Of a stretch of 64,000 bases of DNA, positions 8,678 to 17,147 are shown piece after piece (the first letter of the stretch is position 1; each line of letters starts with the position of its first letter). The position numbers were made by a program, and so were the translations under genes. The DNA lies in NCBI GenBank assembly GCA_903912445.1, contig CAIWHP010000110.1, forward strand, positions 15,612 to 79,611, given 5' to 3'. The notes under the pieces were generated by a model. It did not search any database. It saw only the letters and a list, made by a program, of their open reading frames with translations, and had not been told where the DNA came from. Origin of the DNA: an uncultured Lentisphaerota bacterium. GTDB lineage: Bacteria > Verrucomicrobiota > Kiritimatiellia > CAIQIC01.

Positions 8678-10083
8678 AAACGGCCTCCCAGTTAGTTCAA
8701 GCCACACTTGGGATGCTCCTGTGTATCTGCGTCGCGCTCGGCGCGCCGGAGGGCAAGCGCGGGCCTGGCAAAGGCGGCGGCAGCAAACAACCGGTACAAA
8801 ACTCGCCGTGCAACGATGTGCCGGCGCATCCGTTCGATCTCATCCTCGGCCGGCCGACGCGCGACTCCGTCACCGTGAGCGTGCTCGCCTACCAGGACAC
8901 CGAAGGCTGCATTGCGTACGGCACGCAGCCCGGCAACTACACCCAGCAAACGCCGCGGTGCCTCTTCAGGGAAGACGAGCCGGCAGAGATCGTGCTCGGC
9001 GCGCTCCGGCCCGACACGCAGTACTTTTTCCAGTTCCGCGGACGCGGCACGAACAGCGCGGAGAACACCTTCCACACCCAACGGCTGCCGGGCAGCGCGT
9101 TCACCTTCACCATCACCGCCGACCCGCATCTCGACGAGCACACGAGCCCCGCGACCTACCAGCAAACGCTCGCCAACGCGCGCGCCGATAAGCCGGACTT
9201 CCACCTCGACCTCGGCGATACGTTCATGACCGAGAAACAAGCCAACCGCGAGGCCGCGTTCAAGCAATACCTCGCGCAGCGCTATTACTTCGGCCAGCTC
9301 TGCAACTCCGCGCCGCTCTTCCTCGTGCTCGGCAATCACGACGGTGAAAATCCGCGCGGACGCGGCGACGACACCGACAGCCTTGCCGTCTGGTCGTGCC
9401 TGACGCGCAAGAAATTCTTCCCGAATCCCGTCCCCGACAAATTTTTTACCGGCAACGCGGCCAAGCACCCCGAGGCCGGCTTGTTGCAGGACTATTACGC
9501 GTGGGAATGGGGCGCTGCGCAGTTCATCGTGCTCGACCCGTTCTGGTACACGCAACGGACGCGCGGCCAGCGCGACAACTGGAAGCGCTCGCTGGGAAGC
9601 GAGCAATATCAATGGCTCAAGCGCACGCTTGAGGGCAGCCGCGCGAAGTTCAAGTTCGTCTTCATCCATCACCTCGTCGGTGGCGTTGATGAGCAAGCCC
9701 GCGGCGGCAGCGAAGCCGCGCCCTTCTTCGAGTGGGGCGGGAAAAATCTCGATGACACCGATGGCTTCAAGGAACACCGCGCCGGCTGGCCGTTGCCCAT
9801 CCACCAGCTGCTCGTACGCAACCATGTCAGCATCGTCTTCCACGGCCATGATCATCTCTACGCCAGGCAGGAGCTCGACGGCATCATTTATCAGGAGTGC
9901 CCCCAGCCCGGCGACCCCAAGGGCGTCACCCGCAGTGCCGCAGAGTACGGATACAAGAGCGGCATCCTGCTCGGCAGCTCCGGTCATCTGCGCGTCACCG
10001 TCACTCCGCAGCAGGCCACCGTCACCTATGTCCATGCCGACGGCGCCCCCGCCCACCGCTACACCCTTCCGGCCAGCCCATGA
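8674..10083 (+). CDS. Calcineurin-like metallophosphoesterase (purple acid phosphatase-like)
   Basis: ITADPHLD, LGDTFM, VLGNHDGE, FIHHLVGG and VFHGHDHLY motifs. ATGA start/stop overlap with the sulfatase. Confidence 0.8.
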   Translation: MKTASQLVQATLGMLLCICVALGAPEGKRGPGKGGGSKQPVQNSPCNDVPAHPFDLILGRPTRDSVTVSVLAYQDTEGCIAYGTQPGNYTQQTPRCLFREDEPAEIVLGALRPDTQYFFQFRGRGTNSAENTFHTQRLPGSAFTFTITADPHLDEHTSPATYQQTLANARADKPDFHLDLGDTFMTEKQANREAAFKQYLAQRYYFGQLCNSAPLFLVLGNHDGENPRGRGDDTDSLAVWSCLTRKKFFPNPVPDKFFTGNAAKHPEAGLLQDYYAWEWGAAQFIVLDPFWYTQRTRGQRDNWKRSLGSEQYQWLKRTLEGSRAKFKFVFIHHLVGGVDEQARGGSEAAPFFEWGGKNLDDTDGFKEHRAGWPLPIHQLLVRNHVSIVFHGHDHLYARQELDGIIYQECPQPGDPKGVTRSAAEYGYKSGILLGSSGHLRVTVTPQQATVTYVHADGAPAHRYTLPASP

Positions 10084-10178
10084 ACGGGTGCCCCACAACC
10101 GCCGGCTTTTACCATCCCTTTACAATTTTGCCCGCCTTGGCACATGCAATCTTTACGCAGAGCAGTTATGCTGCGGCC

Positions 10179-11468
10179 ATGAAAACGAACCTGCTCCTCG
10201 GGGCGCTGTGCGCCGGCGCAGCCTGCGTCGGCGGTGCGGCAGAACCAGCCCGCCCATTCACCGTCGTCGGCACCGGCCAGCCGAAGTGCTACGACAACGC
10301 CCGCGAGATCGCCCCGCCCCAGCCGGGCCAGCCGTTCTACGGGCAGGACGCGCAGCACCCCGGCCCGCAGCCGGCCTACAAGGACAACGGCGACGGGACC
10401 ATCAGCGACCTGAACACCGGCCTGACCTGGGTCAAGGCGCGCGGCACGAAGGTGACGTGGGACGCCGCCGTCGCCGGCGCAAAATCCTGCAAGGTCGGCG
10501 GCTTCGGCGACTGGCGGATGCCGACGATCAAGGAACTCTATTCGCTGATCAACTTCACCGGCGCCTACAATTTCCAAACGGGACCTACCGGCTCCAGACC
10601 CTATCTCGACACGAAATATTTTGAGTTCGTGTTCGGCGATGAGTCCAAGGGTGTGCGCGGTATCGACTGCCAGGACTGGACCGCAACGGAATACATCAGC
10701 ACGACGATGCACAACAACCCGACCGTGTTCGGCGTCAACTTTGCCGACGGCCGCATCAAGGGGTACCCGAAAAACGTGCAGCGCCCCGGCCCGCAGGGCG
10801 CGAGCCGCGTCGCGCACACGCTGTTAGTCCGCTATGTCCGCGGCAACCCGGCCTACGGCAAAAACGATTTCCATGACAACGGCAACGAGACGCTCACCGA
10901 CCGGGCGACCGGCCTGATGTGGCAGCAGCACGACAGCGGCAAAGGCCTCAACTGGGAGCAGGCGCTCGCCTACGCCGCCGGCCTCAATCTCGCCGGCCAC
11001 AGCGACTGGCGCCTGCCGAACGCGAAGGAACTCCAGAGCATCGCCGACTATTCACGCATCCCGGCCAGCGCGCCGCTCTTCCAGATCACCAAGCTCAGCG
11101 ACGGCGAATACCCCTTCTTCTGGAGCAGCACCACACACCTCGACGGGCCGCCTGACCGGCAGGGCGGCGCGGCGATCTACGTCGCGTTCGGCCGCGCGCT
11201 CGGCTGGATGCAACCGCGGGGCGGCGGCGGCGGGACGGCGGGTGAAGGACCTGGCCTGGGCGGGTCACGGGCCGGAGGACCGGGTCGAGGCCGACCCACC
11301 TCCGGCGGGTCCGGCAACGTCCAACTGCTCGACGTCCACGGCGCCGGCGCGCAGCGCAGCGATCCGAAGGTCGGTGACCCGCAGGATTATCCCCACGGCC
11401 GCGGCCCGCAGGGCGACGTCATCCGCATCTTCAACTTCGTCCGCTGCGTCCGCACCGCCGCGCCGTGA
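10179..11468 (+). CDS. DUF1566 (Lcl C-terminal domain-like) secreted protein
   Basis: The internal ATG gives the signal peptide MKTNLLLGALCAGAACVGG. Two DUF1566-like units: GLTWVKA...GFGDWRMPTIKELYSL and GLMWQQ...GHSDWRLPNAKELQSI. Confidence 0.6.
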   Translation: MKTNLLLGALCAGAACVGGAAEPARPFTVVGTGQPKCYDNAREIAPPQPGQPFYGQDAQHPGPQPAYKDNGDGTISDLNTGLTWVKARGTKVTWDAAVAGAKSCKVGGFGDWRMPTIKELYSLINFTGAYNFQTGPTGSRPYLDTKYFEFVFGDESKGVRGIDCQDWTATEYISTTMHNNPTVFGVNFADGRIKGYPKNVQRPGPQGASRVAHTLLVRYVRGNPAYGKNDFHDNGNETLTDRATGLMWQQHDSGKGLNWEQALAYAAGLNLAGHSDWRLPNAKELQSIADYSRIPASAPLFQITKLSDGEYPFFWSSTTHLDGPPDRQGGAAIYVAFGRALGWMQPRGGGGGTAGEGPGLGGSRAGGPGRGRPTSGGSGNVQLLDVHGAGAQRSDPKVGDPQDYPHGRGPQGDVIRIFNFVRCVRTAAP

Positions 11469-11492
11469 AACGCCCAACCGGCTGCGGCCTGC

Positions 11493-11543
11493 TTTTCCAA
11501 GGCTTGGAAAAATCCGTGCTTTCGGTTTCCAAGGCTTGGAAAA
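11493..11543. repeat. Pair of perfect TTTCCAAGGCTTGGAAA palindromes
   Basis: ttttccaaggcttggaaaaa (11493-11512) and tttccaaggcttggaaaa (11526-11543). Centres are 32 bp apart, and the pair ends 41 bp upstream of the ATG at 11584. Confidence 0.8.
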
Positions 11544-11583
11544 CCTGTTACAACGCATACCGCTTACGCACCGACAAATTGAG

Positions 11584-14500
11584 ATGAAAACCAAACCGCT
11601 GCGACTCGTCATGTGGTTCCCCCTCGCCGCCCTGTTGTTGGCGCCACCCGCACCGTTGCACGCTGCAGTTGCGCAACCCGCCACAGGCGCAACGCCCTAT
11701 CAGGGCTGGCAGCACTCGGGTTCGGTTTTCGTTCTCACCACACCGGAGGGCGCCCAGCTGCCGACCTCGGCAGCGGAGACCGATTTCCCGTTGCTGGTCC
11801 GGCTGCATAGGGATTTCTTCGACTTCAAACAGGCCCAAGCACAGGGCGACGACATCCGGTTTTCCACCAGCACCGGCGTGGCGCTGCCTTACCAGATCGA
11901 GGCCTGGGATGCGGCGCAGGGCGTGGCCAGCATCTGGGTGCGCGTCCCGACGATCAAGGGGAATGCTCGTCAGGAACTCAAGTTGTATTGGGGCAAGGCC
12001 GCTGCAGTCAGCGCATCCAGCGGGCCGTCGGTCTTCAATGCGGCAAACGGTTACGTGAGCGTCTGGCATATGAACGAGCAGGTGAAGGATGAAGTCGGCA
12101 CGCTCGACTCGAAGGACGTGGGCACAACGGCGACGGCGGGCATGGTCGGACCGGCGCGGCACTTGGCGGGTCGGCAGGGCGTTTTTGGCGGGGACAAGAT
12201 TCCCAACTATCCGGCAGGCTCGAGTTCGCACACCACGGAAGCATGGTTCCGGGCAGAGAAGCCGAACGTGACTGTTCTCGCCTGGGGCAACGAGCAGGCG
12301 CAGGGCAAGGTCGTGATGCATTATCGGAGCCCGCCTCACGTGTCCATGGATTGCTACTTTTCCGGGGCGAACGTCAAAAGCAGCAGCCCGCTCTCCGTGT
12401 CCGAATGGGTTCACGCGGTGCACACTTACCGGCAGGGGGAAACGCGGATTTACATCAACGGTGTCCTCGACGGCACCAATTCCGGCGGGACATCGCTCGC
12501 GATCAAAAGCCCGGCCAAGCTGTGGATCGGCGGCTGGTACAACCGCTACGACTTCGACGGCGACATCGATGAGGTGCGGATTTCCAGCGTCGCGCGCTCG
12601 GCCGACTGGGTGAAACTGGAATATGAAAACCAAAAACCGCTGCAAACCCTGACGGGCCCGGTGGTGCAGCCGGGGACTGCGTTTTCTGTCGCGCCGGCAC
12701 AGGCCACCGTGTTGGAGGGCCAGAGCGTGACGTTTGCCGCCGAGGCCGGGGGCGCGCAGAAGGTCTATTGGATACTCAAGCGCGACGGGCGGGAAAAACT
12801 TATCGCCGTGGATCGGTTCCGCTTCACGTTCGACGCGGGACGGGTGACCGGCGATCAGCCGGCGACGCTGCATTTCAAGGCGGTCTTTGCGAATGAAGTG
12901 AAGACGCGGGTCATCCCCATCCTCATCAAAGAAAACATCCCAGAACCGGTCTTCACCTTGAAGGCACCGGCATCATGGGACGGACGCGCAATGATCGAGG
13001 TGGTGCCGCAGGTCGCCAATACGGAGGCCATGCGGGCGAAAAACGCCGGTGAACTGAACTGCTCGTGGAACGTGGCGGATATCGCAGTGATCAAGCAGGC
13101 CGTGCCGGGGAAGCTCATCCTCCAACGTGCGCAGAACAGCGGGACGATGACGGTGACGGCGACGCTGTACAACGGCGGTCAGCCAGCCACGCAATCCGTC
13201 ACGATCAAGGTCAAAGAGCCGAAGCAGGACGCGTGGGTCACACGCACACCGGCCCAGGATGAGAAGCCGGAGGAAGGCCAGTTCTACGCCCGCAACGACA
13301 AGAACGAGGGCACGCTGTTCTATAACGGGACGCTGAACGAAGCCGCGGAATCGGTCTTCCTCAAAGTCTATGCCGACGGCAAGCTCTGCAAGAACGAAAG
13401 CCGCAAGCTGGCAGCCGACAAGGCCTATGCCTTCACGGTGAAACTCAAGCCAGGGCTGATCAAATATTCCGTGGAGTTCGGCGCCAAGACCGGCGGGCGC
13501 GAGGCGGTGCTGCACACCGTGACCAACCTCGTGTGCGGCGATGCCTATCTGATCAACGGACAATCCAACGCGTTGGCGACCGATACCCGCGAGGAAGCAC
13601 CGCCGTACAACAGCGATTGGATTCGCAGTTTCGGCAGCACGGCGAGTCATCCGCAAGGCGCGCGGTTGAAACTGTGGGGCCATGCGGTCTGGAAAAATCG
13701 CGACGGCGAGAAACTGCAGCTCGGCTACTGGGGCATGGAACTCGCCAAGCGGTTGGTGGAAAGCCAAAAGATTCCGATCTGCATCATCAACGGTGCGGTC
13801 GGCGGCACGCGCATTGATCAACACCAGCGGAATCCGTCCGACCCCGAGGACGTGACGACAATTTACGGCCGCCTGCTCTGGCGCGTGGAGCAAGCCAAAC
13901 TCACCGACGGCATCCGCGGCATCCTCTGGCACCAAGGCGAGAACGACCAAGGCGCCGACGGCCCCACCGGCGGTTACGGTTGGGAGACCTACCGGCGATA
14001 CTTCGTCGAAATGTCAGCCGCTTGGAAACAGGACTACCCGAATCTCCAGCACTACTACGTCTTCCAGATCTGGCCGAAAGCCTGTTCGATGGGCGTGAAT
14101 GGCTCCGACAACATGCTGCGCGAAGTGCAGCGCACTTTGCCAGCGCTCTATTCCCGCATGAGCGTCATGTCCACACTCGGCATCGAACCGCCCGGCGGCT
14201 GCCATTATCCGCTGACCGGCTGGGCGGAATTCGCGCGCTTGATTCAACCCCTGATCGAGCGCGACAACTACGCCAAGGTGTTCACCCTTTCCATCACGCC
14301 GCCCGATCTCAAGCGGGTCTATTACGCCAGCGCAAAGCAGAACGAGATCGTGCTGGAGTTCGACCAGCCGGTGAAAGGCGACGCTACCTTGGCGGGTGAA
14401 TTCTATCTCGATGGCGAGAAAAACAAGGTCGCCTCGTGCGTCGTCTCCGGGAATGTGGTTTTGCTCAAGCTGACGGCCCCCTCGACCGCGCAAAAGCTCA

Positions 14501-14610
14501 CCTACCTCGACAGCAAGTCGTGGAGCCAGACCCGTCTGCTCCGTGGCGAAAACGGCATCGCCGCACTCACCTTCTGCGGGGTCCCCATTCTGCCCAAGCC
14601 AGCGCTTTGA
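11584..14610 (+). CDS. Secreted DUF2341 / LamG (concanavalin-like) / sialate O-acetylesterase (SASA)-domain protein
   Basis: The internal ATG gives the signal peptide MKTKPLRLVMWFPLAALLLAPPAPLHA. DUF2341-like DFPLLVRL...DIRF...PYQIEAWD. LamG-like WVHAVHTY...IYINGVLDG...FDGDIDEVRIS. SASA-like CGDAYLINGQSNA...INGAVGGTRI...ILWHQGENDQG. Confidence 0.7.
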   Translation: MKTKPLRLVMWFPLAALLLAPPAPLHAAVAQPATGATPYQGWQHSGSVFVLTTPEGAQLPTSAAETDFPLLVRLHRDFFDFKQAQAQGDDIRFSTSTGVALPYQIEAWDAAQGVASIWVRVPTIKGNARQELKLYWGKAAAVSASSGPSVFNAANGYVSVWHMNEQVKDEVGTLDSKDVGTTATAGMVGPARHLAGRQGVFGGDKIPNYPAGSSSHTTEAWFRAEKPNVTVLAWGNEQAQGKVVMHYRSPPHVSMDCYFSGANVKSSSPLSVSEWVHAVHTYRQGETRIYINGVLDGTNSGGTSLAIKSPAKLWIGGWYNRYDFDGDIDEVRISSVARSADWVKLEYENQKPLQTLTGPVVQPGTAFSVAPAQATVLEGQSVTFAAEAGGAQKVYWILKRDGREKLIAVDRFRFTFDAGRVTGDQPATLHFKAVFANEVKTRVIPILIKENIPEPVFTLKAPASWDGRAMIEVVPQVANTEAMRAKNAGELNCSWNVADIAVIKQAVPGKLILQRAQNSGTMTVTATLYNGGQPATQSVTIKVKEPKQDAWVTRTPAQDEKPEEGQFYARNDKNEGTLFYNGTLNEAAESVFLKVYADGKLCKNESRKLAADKAYAFTVKLKPGLIKYSVEFGAKTGGREAVLHTVTNLVCGDAYLINGQSNALATDTREEAPPYNSDWIRSFGSTASHPQGARLKLWGHAVWKNRDGEKLQLGYWGMELAKRLVESQKIPICIINGAVGGTRIDQHQRNPSDPEDVTTIYGRLLWRVEQAKLTDGIRGILWHQGENDQGADGPTGGYGWETYRRYFVEMSAAWKQDYPNLQHYYVFQIWPKACSMGVNGSDNMLREVQRTLPALYSRMSVMSTLGIEPPGGCHYPLTGWAEFARLIQPLIERDNYAKVFTLSITPPDLKRVYYASAKQNEIVLEFDQPVKGDATLAGEFYLDGEKNKVASCVVSGNVVLLKLTAPSTAQKLTYLDSKSWSQTRLLRGENGIAALTFCGVPILPKPAL

Positions 14611-14663
14611 CAAGCAGGCCTGGACAGTTGTACAAACACCCACCCATCAACACAGGACCCTCC

Positions 14664-15386
14664 ATGCAGACAACCACATTGCGCCGCGCGGCGCTCCTGG
14701 CGGCCCTCGCGCTGCTGGCCGGCCTCCAACTCTTCGCGGCGAAGCCGCCGGCGACGCCACCTGACCTCACCAAGGACGGCGCGGTGGATCGCAAGCTGAC
14801 CTATAACCTCGGCTCCACGGGCATGCGCGGCTGGATCTTCACCAAGGCCGCGAATTTCTTCGAGAGCCAGCAGGGGCGGACCACGACGGCGAGCCGGCAG
14901 ATTCTCATCACCCACGTGGGCGCGGGCTCGCCTGCCGAGGGCGTGATGAAAGTGGACGATGTGATCCTCGGCGCCGGCGGCAAATTGTTCAGCGACGACG
15001 CACGCAAGTCACTCGCCCTCGCGATCACGGAGGCGGAGAAGGCGTCCAATCAAGGCCTACTGAAGCTCACGCGCTGGCGCTCTGGGAAAACCGACGAAGT
15101 GCAGCTCAAGCTGCGCATCATGGGCAGCTACAGCGCGACCGCGCCCTATGACTGTCCGAAGTCGAAGCTGATTCTCGCCGAGGCGTGCAAGGCGCTGGAG
15201 CGCGAACCGCTGAAGGAAGATTTGTGGGGCGCAATCAACGGCCTCGCGCTGATGGCGTCGGGCAAACCGGAGTACCTGCCGCGCGTGCAGGAGTTTGCGC
15301 GGAAGCTCGCGCCGACGACGCTAAAGCTGGAACTCAAGCATGGCATGGTCGTCTGGCAATGGGGTTACATCAATCTGTTCCTCTGA
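14664..15386 (+). CDS. Signal peptide + PDZ-like N-terminal fragment of a secreted protein; ends at an in-frame TGA
   Basis: MQTTTLRRAALLAALALLAGLQLFA. PDZ-like ILITHVGAGSPAEGVMKVDDVILGAGG. The stop at 15384-15386 is in frame with the next ORF. Confidence 0.5.
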   Translation: MQTTTLRRAALLAALALLAGLQLFAAKPPATPPDLTKDGAVDRKLTYNLGSTGMRGWIFTKAANFFESQQGRTTTASRQILITHVGAGSPAEGVMKVDDVILGAGGKLFSDDARKSLALAITEAEKASNQGLLKLTRWRSGKTDEVQLKLRIMGSYSATAPYDCPKSKLILAEACKALEREPLKEDLWGAINGLALMASGKPEYLPRVQEFARKLAPTTLKLELKHGMVVWQWGYINLFL

Positions 15387-15416
15387 GAGTATTATCTGCT
15401 CACCGGCGACAAGGCG

Positions 15417-17144
15417 GTGCTGCACGCGATCCACGAGTACACCATCCATCTGGCCAAGGGCCAGAGCATGTATGGCACGTTCGGGCACGGCCTTGCCGAG
15501 CTGACGCCCGAAGGTAAGCTGCACGGCTCGATCCCGCCCTACGGCCCGGTAAACGCCGCCGGCTTGATCGGTAACATTGCGATCATCATGGGGAAGAAGT
15601 GCGGTGCCGCCGACCCGGAGGTGGACGCCGCCATTGACCGCGCTTCGAAGTTCTTCGGCTACTATGTGGACAAGGGGGCGATTCCCTACGGCGAGCACCT
15701 GCCTTGGCCGAACCACGAGAACAACGGCAAGAATTCCATGACAGCCGTGCTGTTCGCGCTCCAGCCCAACCAGATCAGGCCGGCGCAGTTCTTCGCCAAG
15801 ATGGTGACGGCGTCCTACGCGAATCGCGAATACGGGCACACCGGCCAAGGCTTCAGTTATCTCTGGAGCGCGCTCGGCGCCAACGTGGGCGGGCCGGCGG
15901 CGGCCGCGGCGTTCGTGAAGGAGGCCGCGTGGCATCTCGATCTCGTGCGGCGCTGCGATGGCTCGTTCACCTATGACGGCGGCGAGCAATATGGTCCCGG
16001 CAAGACCGACGACAACACTTACTACGGTAAAAGCGGCTACTACGGCTTGAGCCCGAACGCCTGCTACGTCCTGACCTATGCGCTGCCGCTGAAGAAACTG
16101 CTGATCACCGGACGCGAGTCGAAACCAACGAACTGGCTGAGCAAGAAAGATGTGACAGAAGCTATCGCCTCCGGACGCTTCGATGTGGACTGCAAGACCA
16201 AGAGCGCGCCGGAACTCGTTGCGGCGCTCGGCGACTGGTCGCCGGTGGTGCGCAGCTGGGCGGCGGCGGCACTGGCCGCACGGCCCGAGGCGCAGAACAT
16301 GGTGCCCGCGCTGATCAAGCTGGCGGAAGGCCCCGACGCGCACGTGCGCCAGGGCGCGTGCGAGACGCTCGGCAACATCAAGCATGCGGCGGCGCTGCCG
16401 GTGCTCGTGCGCCTGCTCGTGCACGACGACCGCTGGCTGCGCGTCAAGGCGGCGGAAGCGCTCAAGAACATGGGCGACACCGCCAAGCCTGTCATCCCCG
16501 ACATGCTCAAGGCCGTCGTCAAAACCGCCGAGCCGCTCCAGCCGATCGTCTGGGCCGACCCGATCCAGCTCACGCACGGCGAGCTGGCCGCGGCGCTGTT
16601 CAAAGGTTTGCTGCGCAACTCCACCAAGGATATTGATCCGAACCTGCTCTATCCGGCGGTCCGCGCGATCTCGCGCAATGCCGACGGCATGGCGCGCGCG
16701 ACGCTGCGCGATCTGTTCGCCAACAAGCTGACCGAGGCCGATGTGCAGGCGCTCGCGCCGGACATCCTCGCCGCCGTCAAGACGCGCTGCCCCGCCGACA
16801 CGATGTTCGGCAACGAGATCCGCATGGGCGGCTTCAAGGCGCTGACGAAATATCATTTCAAGGAAGGTGTCGAGGTTGGCGTTCACTTCGCGAAGACGCA
16901 GGGCGGCCACGGCAGCGAGAACCGCACCGGGGAGATCATGAAGGAGATCGCCGCCTACGGCACAGCCGCCCGCGCCGTGGTGCCGCAGTTGCGCGAACTG
17001 ATCGCGGAGCTGAACGCGCAGTGCAAGCGCGGCGAATTCCCCGCCGGCGAACTCAACCAACGCCGCGTCACCGCCGTCGAAAACGCCATCAAGTCCATCG
17101 AGTCCGCCACCACGCAACCCCAGCTACGCACCATAGGACGGTGA
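15417..17144 (+). CDS. C-terminal continuation of the previous ORF (HEAT/PBS-lyase-like repeats)
   Basis: Same frame as 14664..15386; the ten codons between the TGA and the GTG (EYYLLTGDKA) are open. HEAT-like repeats: VRSWAAAALA...HVRQGACETLGNI...LRVKAAEALKNMG. Confidence 0.5.
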   Translation: MLHAIHEYTIHLAKGQSMYGTFGHGLAELTPEGKLHGSIPPYGPVNAAGLIGNIAIIMGKKCGAADPEVDAAIDRASKFFGYYVDKGAIPYGEHLPWPNHENNGKNSMTAVLFALQPNQIRPAQFFAKMVTASYANREYGHTGQGFSYLWSALGANVGGPAAAAAFVKEAAWHLDLVRRCDGSFTYDGGEQYGPGKTDDNTYYGKSGYYGLSPNACYVLTYALPLKKLLITGRESKPTNWLSKKDVTEAIASGRFDVDCKTKSAPELVAALGDWSPVVRSWAAAALAARPEAQNMVPALIKLAEGPDAHVRQGACETLGNIKHAAALPVLVRLLVHDDRWLRVKAAEALKNMGDTAKPVIPDMLKAVVKTAEPLQPIVWADPIQLTHGELAAALFKGLLRNSTKDIDPNLLYPAVRAISRNADGMARATLRDLFANKLTEADVQALAPDILAAVKTRCPADTMFGNEIRMGGFKALTKYHFKEGVEVGVHFAKTQGGHGSENRTGEIMKEIAAYGTAARAVVPQLRELIAELNAQCKRGEFPAGELNQRRVTAVENAIKSIESATTQPQLRTIGR

Positions 17145-17147
17145 TTC

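Noticed and set aside
9897-10178. Long N-terminal extensions from the leftmost start codons. Examples: 9897 for the DUF1566 gene, 11242 for the LamG-SASA gene, 14436 for the PDZ gene, 2632 for ASST-2, 4274 for the sulfatase, 26246 for RluA, 26511 for RlmD, 32716 for the channel.
   Set aside because: The extensions overlap upstream genes or read through the palindromic repeats with Arg/Pro-rich nonsense. Internal ATGs give canonical signal peptides or family-typical N-termini.
15387-15440. A SECIS element downstream of the in-frame TGA.
   Set aside because: Only a 5-bp stem (15401-15419) is present, and no extended hairpin with the expected apical loop. Selenocysteine cannot be supported from sequence alone.
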